A DNA stretch of 64,000 bases from an uncultured delta proteobacterium. Lineage in GTDB: Bacteria; Desulfobacterota; Binatia; JACPRU01. Positions 41,551-51,162 of the stretch are shown here, in pieces. A program made the position numbers and the translations under genes. The stretch spans positions 207,527-271,526 of the forward strand of contig CAVUWD010000020.1 in the NCBI GenBank assembly GCA_963745025.1, given 5' to 3'. Under the pieces are notes generated by a model. It was not told where the DNA came from and did not search any database. It saw only the letters and a program-made list of their open reading frames with translations. The number at the start of each line of letters is the position of its first letter. Position 1 is the stretch's first letter.

Positions 41551-43113
41551 CCTTCTCCTCCTTGGTGAGATTGTTGATGACGTTTCGGTAGTGGGTGAGC
41601 TCGCGGATGAGAGGATCGATTCTGCGCAGCGAGAGCTGCACGGGCGGATGCCGCTCGAGGTAGCGGCGCACGAAGCGGTACGTGGGGACCGCGAGATCGA
41701 GCGCGGCGGCGCAGGCATCGTCGACGGCGGGAGCTCCGTACTTGCGGGCGAGCGAGAGCACGCCGAGGATGCGCCGCACGCCGTACTCCTTCTCCCGGTC
41801 GTAGATCTCCTTGGCGAGACTTCCGATGTGCTTTCCTGCCCGCTCGGCGCGAAAGAGCAGATCCTGCGTGCCGCGGGGCGTGCGCGACGGCCGATCTTGC
41901 TCCTGCGTGCGGTAGTTTCCCGGCCGGTGCCGCAGGTGCTCGCGCAGCAGCATCCCGCTCTTCGGATCGAGGATCCGCACCTGGAAGTCGTCCCACTGCA
42001 CCCAGACGGCACGGCCGATGTGACCGGGCGGGACGGAGTAGTAGGCGCGGGCGACCTCGACGTGCCCGTCGAGGTGCACGGTGCGATTGCCGTACTGGTA
42101 GAAGCGGAAGGGCTCGACCGGGCAGCGGCCGCAGGAAGGGCTTCTCCTCGGCAAACATCGCCGCGACCTGGCGCTTGGTGGTGCCGTGGATGCGCGTGTC
42201 GGCCCAGTGGGTCTCCCAGCGGTCGAGATAGGCTTGGGCTTCCTCGAGTCTCTCGAAGCGGAGCCCCTTCAGCGGCGTCTTCTGCGTGTGGCCGACACTC
42301 GATTCGACTTTCCCCTTGCGATCGGGATCGCGCACGCGGCACGGCAGCGCCACCACGCCGTAGTGCGCGAGGCAGTCGCGGTAGAGAGGATTGAGCGTCG
42401 GGTCGTAGATGTCGGGCTTGAGCACGCCCTCGCGCAAATTGTCGAGCACGATGACCTTGGGCACCGCGCCGAGTCGGCGGAACGCCTCCTCGTGGAGCTC
42501 CGCCCAGACCCGAGTGCTGGAGTGGAAGACCAGGAGCCGGACGGACTTGCGGCTGTAGCCGAGTGTCAGGACGAAGAGGCGCGTGCGCCGATAGCGTACC
42601 TCCCGTGCCCGGGTGCGCACCATCGGCCCCTCGCCGTAGTCGACCTGCCTTCCTCTCCCGGCTCGGTGAGGATGATGCCGCGGGCTTCGGGCGTCTTCTC
42701 GCCGGCGAGCTTGCGCACGAATCGCTTGACGCTCGCGTAGCCGGCGACGAAGCCGTGGTCATCGACGAGGTCCTGGTAGATGGCCGTGGCATTTCGCCGC
42801 TGCGAAAGCCCGACGCTCGATCAGCTCCCGGTAACGGCTCGCAGGCGCTGGCCTGAGGGCTGCGCGTCGGCACGGCAGTCGCCTCTGGCGCTGCGTTTGC
42901 CGGGCCAGAGTCGGTGGACACCTTAATGGCCGGTTTTGGCTCCGACTGCCGTGGACGCCCCCGGCTACGGATCGCGATCCCCGCCGCGTGCAAATACGCC
43001 CGCGCCGTTTCCCGGCGCACGCCCGTCGACGCTTCGATCCGCCTCAACGGCCAGCCCAGCCGTCCAAGGGCCAGGACTTGCTGTCTCTTCTCTTCGCTCA
43101 AGACGTTGCTCAT
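41547..43113 (-). CDS. istA: IS21 transposase IstA (several apparent frameshifts)
   Basis: MSNVLSEEKRQQV HTH, LFVLTLGYSRKS, DNLREGV, KGKVESSV, RIHGTT. Confidence 0.85.
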
Positions 43114-43432
43114 CCGGCCCCGGGGGTCATCTCCCCAGGACCGCGTCAACGTCCCGTGCGCTTACCTTATTGGCCGGTTTTCAGACGTCCACTAATGGCT
43201 GGTTTTGGGTGTCCGCCGAGGCGCTCGGACCCGAAGGGACCGCAGGCTTCGAGAAGGAACTTGCGGCGTCCAAGGAACGCGGCCAGTAAGCGATTGTGGC
43301 TCGCGGACTGATGCGAGGTCGCCCGCAAGACTCTGCCGCCGTACCCGACGTACTGAGCCTTCCCGTCGAGGTCACGGTAGACGTAAACGAAATGGCGTGT
43401 TCGTTCCATGGCCGTCGTGGTAACGACGGACG

Positions 43433-43732
43433 TCACCAGCCGCCCTTGCCAAAATCGCGCCGCCACTCGCGCAGAAGGCGCGGCGTTATCTTCCAGCGCG
43501 CGCGGGGCTTGCGACGGTCAGTCCGTGACGCGTTGTACAGCTCGACCAGCATCGGGACGAGACCGAAGGAGTCGAGGATGTTCAAGAGGTAGCCGGGATT
43601 CTCCCTGGCGCACATCTCGATGAAATCGCGCTTGCGAGCGGTGCCGGGCCGGAGCGCCGCGCCGAGCATGTTCCGGCGCGGGTCGTGGCCCGCCCTGAAA
43701 TCTCTGCCGCCCGTTTTTCTGCCCCAGGCCAC
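43433..43732 (-). CDS. Conserved 99-aa backbone protein; N-terminus resembles terminase small subunit/DUF5681-type motifs
   Basis: GRKTGGRDFRAGHDPRRN; protein identical to 49803-50102 despite 7 synonymous codon differences. Confidence 0.75.
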   Translation of the reverse strand: MAWGRKTGGRDFRAGHDPRRNMLGAALRPGTARKRDFIEMCARENPGYLLNILDSFGLVPMLVELYNASRTDRRKPRARWKITPRLLREWRRDFGKGGW

Positions 43733-43785
43733 GGCACCAACTATAACGCAAAGCTGCGAGTAGCTGCGACCCTCCGCAAGCTTAG
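43712..43785. repeat. Conserved backbone motif, copy 2
   Basis: GGCCACGGCACCAACTATAACGCAAAGCTGCGAGTAGCTGCGACCCTCC. Confidence 0.85.
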
Positions 43786-43828
43786 CTCGATAAGCGTTCC
43801 GAGCCCCCGCTTGATCTCGCCAGCCACC

Positions 43829-46132
43829 TCAACGCCTGTCGTCGATGATGCCTCCGAAGCGCGAGAGCAGCTTCGGAAAAAATTCACTGTGAACGACGAG
43901 AATTTGTAAGCGCGTGTAGTGGGCAAGCTCTTGGTCACCGAGTGGAATGCGGGACGGCGGTGAAATGAAGCCCGAAAGGTGCGGCGGTACCGGATACTCG
44001 TAGATCAGGATCTCCGTGTCTTCGAGTTTCGCCTTTTCATACGGGATCTCGCCCGTGCTCGACTTGCGTAGTGTGTCAGAAGGGCTAGGCGCTGGTGCGC
44101 CAGAAAGCCCAGGCGTTGGTGTGGGAGAAGGACTCAACGTCGGTGTGTCAGACGGCTGAGGCGTCGGTGTGTCAGACGGCTGAGGCGTCGGCGTGTCAGA
44201 CGGCTGAGGCGTCGGTGTGCCAGTAAGCCGAAGCGTAGGTGCGTCAGAAGGTCCAGTCCTCAGTGCATCAGGAGGGCCAGGGGTCTCTGTGGCAGAAGGG
44301 CCGGACGTCTCTGTGCCAGAAGGGCCCGAAGGTGTCGTTGCGCCAGCTAGAGCTGCCGTCAAAGCGTCTTGATCGATTCCCGGGTCCGTCCCATCGCTCG
44401 CCATGCCTTTGTAGGGGCTGCTCTCAGACAGGCGGTAGTCATCCTTCGCCGAATCGACCCATCCCACCGCGACGTCAGATGGGGGAAAGAAGTTTCCGGA
44501 GGGATAGATGCTCGACAGGCCACCTACCCTCTGGTTGTCGACGATCACGTTGCTCTCAATCAGCAGCCCGGGCCAGCAGGTGGAGCGGGCACCGTCACCG
44601 ATGAAGCAGCTCAGTCCGTACGGGCCGTTGTTGACGATGTTGTCGATGAGCGTGAGATTCTTCGTGGGAAGATTTTCGCCGCCCCCCAGCGACTGGGAAT
44701 TCAGTATGGTGTTGTGGCTGAACACTACATCGTGACCACCGTTGGTCAGAAAGGCCTTCGAGTCCCCGCTCGGACTGATCATTAGATTGTTCTCGATGAC
44801 AACGTTTCCGCTCTGCCCGGTCACCTTCTCGTTGTCTTGGAGCTGGATGCTGAACCCCGGGTCCTTGAAGTTGATCAACTTGTTGTTGCGGAAGGTGAGG
44901 CTGGAGATTTCGACCCAAGGTGAGGAACCATTCTGATTTCTGACCGTTAAGGTGATGTTCGAGGGCGTTTCCGAGGTCACCAGGTTGCCCTCGATGGTGA
45001 CACGGCGGCCGGCTTTGATCTCGATCCAGTTCTTAGGCCCGGACATTGGAAACGTGCTCCACTCGGGGCGCTTGACCATGGTGTTGCCCTTGATCTCCAC
45101 GTCGTGGAGCACCTCGCCTCTCCAGCGCGCTTCGCCGGGTGACATCGGAGGGATGTCGAAACTCTGATATAGAGCCGTGAGCGGTGTATAGCTGATGGTG
45201 TTGCCGTTGATGTCGGTCACTCGGCCCACGCCCCAAATCGGCTGTGTCTCACCCGCAGGCGGGTCGGAAAGTTTGAAGGCCACGAGGTCGCCGACCGCGA
45301 GATCGAGCACTGTGGAGAGCGTGGCCGTCCCGATGGTCTCGGCGTCCGACACGGTCGCCGTGTGCTCGGGGAGCGGCGACGCATCGGCCCCGCCGATGAA
45401 GACGCTCGAATACCATGCCTCGAGGTAGTTGTTGACGACGTGAAGTGGCCCCGGACCCCCGTCCATCAGCACGTCCTCGGAAGCTTCGATGCCGCCGCCG
45501 TTGGGATAGTTACCGGTAAATCCGGCGATGTAAGAGTTGACTATAAACATATCACTCGCATTTGCCGCAAAACCCCGCTCCGCGTAGCGAGTCGTCGCTG
45601 GATCACTGAGATGTGTAGAGCTGATTTCAGGCGGGTGAATGAAGCAGTGATCGAACACGAAGCCTTTCATCGACAAACGCTCCCCCCATCCTGGGTTGTC
45701 ACCAGTGACCGACGACTGACCAAGTAGGATGAGGCTCGGAACAAATGCACCCTCAGTGTTTGAAATGTCGATGCCGATGAACTTCCAGTGGTTCGCTCCG
45801 GTCTTCGTGGAGAGTGGTGGCATGGTGTTCGGCGATACGAGTTTTGCCATTTCTCCTGAGTATTGGGATGGATCAAGCCGTACCCCCGCTGGCGGAAGAC
45901 TCCCGGAGGTCGTCACGGTAACGTAGTCGGAATCTCCACCCGTGCATGTCCCTCCAGGAGCTACCAACACGAACGTCCCCGTGTATGTCGCGCCTGCGTC
46001 CAAGACGAGGGTATCACCGCAGTTCGCGGCGCTTATGAAGGTTTGAAGGTTTGACCCGCTCGGCACGGATATCGTGGCCGCATTGGCAGGTCCCAACAAC
46101 AGGAGGATGAGTGCCGAAACAAGTACCGTCAT
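43829..46132 (-). CDS. Secreted right-handed beta-helix (pectin lyase-like) protein with Pro/Thr-rich tail
   Basis: Signal peptide, LQTFISAANCGDTLVLDAGATY, repeated IEGN/IENN strands, DYRLSESSPYKG..SDGTDPG. Confidence 0.8.
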   Translation of the reverse strand: MTVLVSALILLLLGPANAATISVPSGSNLQTFISAANCGDTLVLDAGATYTGTFVLVAPGGTCTGGDSDYVTVTTSGSLPPAGVRLDPSQYSGEMAKLVSPNTMPPLSTKTGANHWKFIGIDISNTEGAFVPSLILLGQSSVTGDNPGWGERLSMKGFVFDHCFIHPPEISSTHLSDPATTRYAERGFAANASDMFIVNSYIAGFTGNYPNGGGIEASEDVLMDGGPGPLHVVNNYLEAWYSSVFIGGADASPLPEHTATVSDAETIGTATLSTVLDLAVGDLVAFKLSDPPAGETQPIWGVGRVTDINGNTISYTPLTALYQSFDIPPMSPGEARWRGEVLHDVEIKGNTMVKRPEWSTFPMSGPKNWIEIKAGRRVTIEGNLVTSETPSNITLTVRNQNGSSPWVEISSLTFRNNKLINFKDPGFSIQLQDNEKVTGQSGNVVIENNLMISPSGDSKAFLTNGGHDVVFSHNTILNSQSLGGGENLPTKNLTLIDNIVNNGPYGLSCFIGDGARSTCWPGLLIESNVIVDNQRVGGLSSIYPSGNFFPPSDVAVGWVDSAKDDYRLSESSPYKGMASDGTDPGIDQDALTAALAGATTPSGPSGTETSGPSATETPGPPDALRTGPSDAPTLRLTGTPTPQPSDTPTPQPSDTPTPQPSDTPTLSPSPTPTPGLSGAPAPSPSDTLRKSSTGEIPYEKAKLEDTEILIYEYPVPPHLSGFISPPSRIPLGDQELAHYTRLQILVVHSEFFPKLLSRFGGIIDDRR
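44138..44219. repeat. 24-bp coding tandem repeat (QPSDTPTP x3)
   Basis: CGTCGGTGTGTCAGACGGCTGAGG units. Confidence 0.85.
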
Positions 46133-46509
46133 TAGATGTGTTTCCTTGTACGATCGTTTGAACCGTTCGCGGATCCGTGCCTCCTTCCCGAACGCAAACG
46201 CCAGAACGACGGCTAACGGGGCCGAGGCATGTGAGCCGAGCGTGGGCTTGCTCTAGGCTACGCAGTGCGAGGCGCGAACTTACAAGCCTCGCGGCCGATC
46301 GATGCACCGCCAGAGCGCACGCACATTGACAAGGGTGTCAGCTTGGGGATCCGCGGCAACTCTCATCGTGTCCACATCCACCATCCCCGGCCGATCTGCG
46401 CCGCGTCGTTAACACTCTCACGAGCGAGTGTCAATACTGAAGCGGCCCAAAGTTGTGGCAGGGACTGGAGCGTGCTGCGCTTCTCGCCTATCCTGACAAG
46501 CTTTTGAGC

Positions 46510-46730
46510 CTCTTCGAGCCCCATACGGAGGCGATCCGCAAGGGCAAGGCACGTCCATTGCCTTCGGCACTCCTGCGCGACCCACCTGCTCGACGCGGGT
46601 GAGCCGATCGACTTCGTCCAGGATCACCTGGGTCACCGGTCGATCGAGAGCAGTCTGGTCTACGCCCGAGTCTCCGACCGCAGGCGCACCAAAACCAAGG
46701 TCGAAGCCGATCCCGCTGCAATCGGCGTGA
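46510..46730 (+). pseudogene. Tyrosine recombinase C-terminal fragment (absent from ORF track)
   Basis: Manual translation HVHCLRHSCATHLLDAGEPIDFVQDHLGHRSIESSLVY. Confidence 0.8.
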
Positions 46731-46849
46731 TGGGCCTCACGGAGCCGTTGGTGGCGGGCGATTCTTCCCCGCAGGTAGCCGATGAAGTATCTAGGCGTTG
46801 GGGCTGCCCGCCGGGCCGGGTCCGGGAGCGCAGCGTAGGAAGGTGTGGT

Positions 46850-47054
46850 GTGGACGAAACGACGCGACAACGACTCCGCGAGTATCTCGCCGAGGTCAAG
46901 AACCTCCCCAACGAGTCGGCGAAGACCCATTGCTTCTCCGGGTTGGTTGGTCAGCTCTTTCCCGGTTCCGGCGCGACCTATGAAATCGCGAAGGGTACGG
47001 AGAAGACCATCCGCATCGGCAACAAGCTCGGCCGGATCGACGCGTACTACAAAA
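46850..47054 (+). pseudogene. N-terminus of probable type IIG restriction-modification/N6 methylase, truncated by ISL3
   Basis: YLAEVK..NESAK..F..LV..LF...EK.I....GRIDAYY cut at the IS end; family assignment is inference. Confidence 0.45.
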
Positions 47055-47782
47055 GGTTCTTCCGGAATCAGTGTGGGTAGAGATCGAGACCACCACAGTG
47101 GAAGTAGATCGCGGTCTTGAAGTTTTGGCGGTTGCGGAAGCCGCGAGCGGTGTAACGGATCCACTGAATCTTGGAGTTCAGCCCTTCACTGGCGGCGTTG
47201 GTGATCCCGTGGCGCAGATAGCTCAGGACGTTCTCGAGCCTGGTGTGAAGCATCCGCGCCTTTTGCTTGATCGGTTCCAGGCGAGATCGGATCGCCCAGG
47301 AGTACCAGCGGCGGAAGTGGTTCCGCGCGGCGCCGACGTAGCTGTAGTCCCAGAGCGACATGATGGTTTCCTTCAGCGCCCAGGCCCGGGCGACCTTGAG
47401 ATTGCTCCGGCGCAGCGGGCCGAAAGCTTTCCAGGCTTCGTCGGCAAAGGATTCGGGATTGCGTAGCCAAGTGTACTTCGTCCCGACCAGACGTTCGTCG
47501 TGCCGCACCAGCAGCTCTCGATGCTCGGCTCGACGAACTCGATCGACGGCTTCGTTGAGATGCTTGGCGATGTGGAACTTGTCGAAGACGATCTTGTCCT
47601 GGGCGGCGGGAATCCGGGCGAGGGTGGCTTGGACGTAGGGCTCCCACATGTCCATCGCGATGGCCTCGATGCCCTCGCGCTGAGCAGCGCTGAGCCCCAC
47701 CGCCCAGAAGGCCTCCAGGCTCTCTTGCTTGCGATCGTCAGCAACAAACAGGACCCGTGGCCCTTCAAGATCGGTCACGGTG
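47055..47782 (-). mobile_element. ISL3-family remnant (3' third of transposase plus one IR)
   Basis: AIAMDMWEPY, IVFDKFH, ITNAASEGLNSKIQ, ARGFRN, AIYFHCGGLDLYP; end GGTTCTTCC next to AAAA. Confidence 0.9.
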
Positions 47783-47890
47783 TCGCGCCGGGTCAAAGCC
47801 GACAGCCCCGCCCCCCGTCGAGCCCGACCGCTGCCAGATCTGCGGATCGATCGACGCCTCCTGTCACGCGAACCGAAAGCGCGACGGATC

Positions 47891-48218
47891 GTGAACGCTG
47901 ACCCGCTCAACATCTTCGAACCGGTGTCAGTGCTGCCCGACCCGCCGTCGAGGCGCGACACGCCCGAGCTACGATTGCTCATCGCACTCCTCGAAGACGC
48001 GATCGCGCTCTCGACCGGTCGATTACGTTCCGGCGCTCGGCGGCGACCACACCTCGCGCGGCCGCGCGAACGCCCAGCGGTGCGCCGTCGAAGAGGCGCG
48101 GCGGTGGATCGTCGAAGGCGATCGCGGATTGATTTCGTTCGACGATTGCTGCGGTGCGCTCGGCCTCGACCCGGGCTTGGTTCGTGCGGCGCTGCTACGG
48201 AAAGAGAGGCGTCGATGA
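47891..48218 (+). pseudogene. Paralog of 39009-39338 backbone protein, apparent frameshifts
   Basis: NADPLNIFEPVSVLPDPPSRRDTPELRLLIALLEDAI...FDDCCGALGLDP. Confidence 0.7.
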
Positions 48219-48652
48219 AATGCAAGGTATGTGGTGTCCGCCCCGCGAACAGCCGCAGGCACCCCGGGCTTTGTGCCAGGTGCTCGGTCGCCAACGCAGG
48301 GCGTGGACCCGGTCCACGCCGATCCCCGATCGCGCCCGGAGAAATGCGGAGGCGATCCGGGCAAAGATCGGAAAATCTTGCGATCGCTCTCGCTCTCGCT
48401 CGTTCCAACACGCCCAGCAGATGTAACAGGAAATCTTCTCATGAAATTCTCGACCCAATTTTCCACGCTTGCCTCTGGATCGATTTTTGTGTCATCTACG
48501 CACCGGAGCGCGACCTCTCGAATCGGGAGTGTCACCGAGAGTACATTATATCGGCATGATCGGCCGAATTGGTGTAAGGGCTTGATATTTTACCCTGCCG
48601 TACACGACACCGCCCCGAGGCAATCGATCTTACGGCGGTTCGACGACAACAG

Positions 48653-49255
48653 ATGCTGAATATGACTGCTCTCTGGAAGCATCGGCTGACTCGCGTGGCA
48701 GTTTTGGTGAGTTGCTTCAGCGGAGCCGCATCGGAGTTACGCGCGGATCCCCTCACCTTTGAAAGCGCCTTCTTCTTGCTCAGTTCGTCGGGCGCGCGGC
48801 TCGATCTCTTTTCCAACCCGGGCGTCGTCATCGAGCCGAGCACTTACGAGAGAACGATCTTTCCACCCGCGTTTATATTCTCAACAATTGTCCCCTACGC
48901 CGGTGGACCATCAATTACTGACACTATCCGATTCACGTACCAGGAAATGGGCTCCGCACCGGAGGAGTTGCAGCAGTCGTTCAGCACAGGGATCGATCCG
49001 GTGACGCTCGGCTTCGTCGCGAGGTTCGAGCCGATCAGCCACACTGGCATGCTGGTACCGGCAACACTCACCGTTGATCTGTTGAATAGTGCTCCGGACT
49101 TTGTGATCCCAGCCGGACCAGATCAGGGCCAGCTGGTCGATTCGTTCACATATACGTTTTCGACTTTCACGCCTACACCAGAACCCTCGACATTGCTCCT
49201 GCTGGGTACCGGCGTCGCATGCGTGGCGCTAAGACGTTGCCGAAGGCTGACCTGA
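48653..49255 (+). CDS. PEP-CTERM sorting domain protein (copy 2, identical)
   Basis: Same translation as 39773-40375. Confidence 0.9.
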   Translation: MLNMTALWKHRLTRVAVLVSCFSGAASELRADPLTFESAFFLLSSSGARLDLFSNPGVVIEPSTYERTIFPPAFIFSTIVPYAGGPSITDTIRFTYQEMGSAPEELQQSFSTGIDPVTLGFVARFEPISHTGMLVPATLTVDLLNSAPDFVIPAGPDQGQLVDSFTYTFSTFTPTPEPSTLLLLGTGVACVALRRCRRLT

Positions 49256-49307
49256 ACGAACTTCTCCGGTTTACGGTTCCCGGGTTCTATGCCTCCTCGT
49301 TCTGGGG

Positions 49308-49763
49308 TTAGTATAGGGACTGGCCTTTCCTACAGTTCCTTTCCAGCACGTGGCGGCTCATGCATGTATCCGTGGGGACGCTGAGGTACGGCACCGAGGA
49401 GGAGCGCCGGCAACGCCGGAGGAGGTCCTTTCGCGTCAGAGGCTCGGAGACCAACCGCTCCACCAGATTTTCGGGCACGCCGATAGGCCAAAGTCTCCAC
49501 TTCGATTCGCCCTGATTGCGATTCAGCCGCGGCCGGAGGGCCGAGATCAATGCCGTCTCCACGGCGCGCCCTGTCCGCTCGGACCCGAAGGGACCGCAGG
49601 CTTCGAGAAGGAACTTGCGGCGTCCAAGGAACGCGGCCAGTAAGCGATTGTGGCTCGCGGACTGATGCGAGGTCGCCCGCAAAACTCTGCCGCCGTACCC
49701 GACGTACTGAGCCTTCCCGTCGAGGTCACGGTAGACGTAAACGAAATAGCGTGTTCGTTCCAT
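49308..49763 (-). CDS. GIY-YIG (LEM-3-like) nuclease domain protein, possibly C-truncated
   Basis: FVYVY..YVGYG..R..H, VETALI, LNR pattern. Confidence 0.7.
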   Translation of the reverse strand: MERTRYFVYVYRDLDGKAQYVGYGGRVLRATSHQSASHNRLLAAFLGRRKFLLEACGPFGSERTGRAVETALISALRPRLNRNQGESKWRLWPIGVPENLVERLVSEPLTRKDLLRRCRRSSSVPYLSVPTDTCMSRHVLERNCRKGQSLY

Positions 49764-49802
49764 GGCCGTCGGTGCACCGGCAATGCGTCGTAGCGACGGA
49801 CG

Positions 49803-50102
49803 TCACCAGCCGCCCTTGCCAAAATCGCGCCGCCACTCGCGCAGAAGGCGCGGTGTTATCTTCCAGCGCGCGCGGGGCTTGCGACGGTCAGTCCGTGACG
49901 CGTTGTACAGCTCGACCAGCATCGGGACGAGACCAAAGGAGTCGAGGATGTTCAATAAGTAGCCGGGATTTTCCCGGGCGCACATCTCGATGAAGTCGCG
50001 CTTGCGCGCGGTGCCGGGCCGGAGCGCCGCGCCGAGCATGTTCCGGCGCGGGTCGTGGCCCGCCCTGAAATCTCTGCCGCCCGTTTTTCTGCCCCAGGCC
50101 AC
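49803..50102 (-). CDS. Conserved 99-aa backbone protein (TerS-like), copy 2
   Basis: Identical protein to 43433-43732. Confidence 0.75.
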   Translation of the reverse strand: MAWGRKTGGRDFRAGHDPRRNMLGAALRPGTARKRDFIEMCARENPGYLLNILDSFGLVPMLVELYNASRTDRRKPRARWKITPRLLREWRRDFGKGGW

Positions 50103-50170
50103 GGCACCAAATATAACGAAAAGCTGCGACTAGCTGCGATCCTCCAGCCTTACTGTAGTTCGTTCTGACG
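50082..50170. repeat. Conserved backbone motif, copy 3
   Basis: GGCCACGGCACCAAATATAACGAAAAGCTGCGACTAGCTGCGATCCTCC, then TAGTTCGTTCTG as in copy 1. Confidence 0.85.
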
Positions 50171-50304
50171 AAGCTCCGAAGCGAGCTCATCAACCACTAC
50201 GCCCTCAACCTGCCCGACGCGCTGCTCGACGTGCTCGAAGCCCGCGGCAAGATCCCCGCGCTGGTCGAGCGCTACAAGACGCGCGTTCGGCGCGACCCGC
50301 GGCT

Positions 50305-50360
50305 GGCGGATCTGCATGACCTTGTCGCCAACCCGGAAGAGGCGGCTACCGTGGACGATG
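50305..50360 (-). pseudogene. Very short RecD2-like helicase fragment
   Basis: HGSRLFRVGDKVMQIR motif only. Confidence 0.4.
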
Positions 50361-50379
50361 GCAGGGAATGCTCGATGCC

Positions 50380-51162
50380 CTACCTGCCCATTTCCACCTT
50401 GGTTCGGGCGGCTTCTTCGTCGGTGAGGCAGCGGCCGCGTCGAATGACATAGCCGCGCGGGCACGTCCAGTCTCCGACGCTCGCCTCGAATGGCTTCGGC
50501 CGCTTCTCCTCGCGTTCGGCTCGGTCGAACTCTTCGGCGATCCGTTCCGTCATCGCCCGTTGATGTTCTGCTTCCTCCGCAGCACGTCTTTGTTCGGCCG
50601 CCACTCGCTCCGCTTCCGCGCGTTTTTCGGCTTCGAGGACGGCGGCGAGCTCGCGGTCGCGACCCTCGTATCGCAACTCCGCCTTGCGGAGCGCCTTGTT
50701 CCCCGCCCTCCAGATCAACCGGATCGCCGAGTCTGCGTCTAGGTGATCAGCTCCAGGCTCGCCGTCGACCGGGATTCCATAGCGCGAGACGAGCGGAGCG
50801 ATGTGTGCCGACGTCGATGACACCTGAGAGCTCTTGCGCTCGATCTTCTCTCGCCACAGTGTCAGGCTATCGCCGTAGGCGAGACCCGCCTGCGCATAGA
50901 GGAACACGAGCTGACGGTCCTCCTCGCCGTCGACCTTGTCCTTCGCACCGAGAAGCTCGACCGCGAGGATCTTGGCGAGCTCGCTGAAGCGCTCATAGGA
51001 GACACCCCTCACCATCTCGCCCCGCATGGCTCTGGCCGCGCGGTCGAGCGCTGCAAACTTCCGCCGCTCGATCGCGTGGGCCCTCGGCGGCAAGAGGAGC
51101 GCTCCGCAAGCAGTGAGGCCGGCGATTGCGACGATCCATTTGCAAGACGCGCCCGTCGCCAT
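50380..51162 (-). CDS. Hypothetical exported protein with coiled coil
   Basis: Signal-like N-terminus ...LLLPPRAHA, EAEKRAEAER coiled coil, C-terminal WTCPRGYVIRRGRC. Confidence 0.6.
   Translation of the reverse strand: MATGASCKWIVAIAGLTACGALLLPPRAHAIERRKFAALDRAARAMRGEMVRGVSYERFSELAKILAVELLGAKDKVDGEEDRQLVFLYAQAGLAYGDSLTLWREKIERKSSQVSSTSAHIAPLVSRYGIPVDGEPGADHLDADSAIRLIWRAGNKALRKAELRYEGRDRELAAVLEAEKRAEAERVAAEQRRAAEEAEHQRAMTERIAEEFDRAEREEKRPKPFEASVGDWTCPRGYVIRRGRCLTDEEAARTKVEMGR

Larger units (their letters stand above)
40707..43221 (-). mobile_element. IS21-family insertion sequence
   Basis: istA-istB; terminal IR CCTCGGCGGACACC; internal AAAACCRGCCA repeats; target duplication CGCTCGG confirmed by the empty site at about 49576. 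Confidence 0.93.
40428..43409 (-). pseudogene. GIY-YIG nuclease-like gene interrupted by IS21
   Basis: N-part HFVYVYRDLDGKAQYVGYG at 43222-43409, C-part 40428-40706; uninterrupted copy at 49308-49763. Confidence 0.8.

Noticed and set aside
47068-48411. 447-aa ORF as a full ISL3 transposase
   Set aside because: Only the C-terminal part (to about 47782) is transposase; the rest is antisense read-through of backbone genes.
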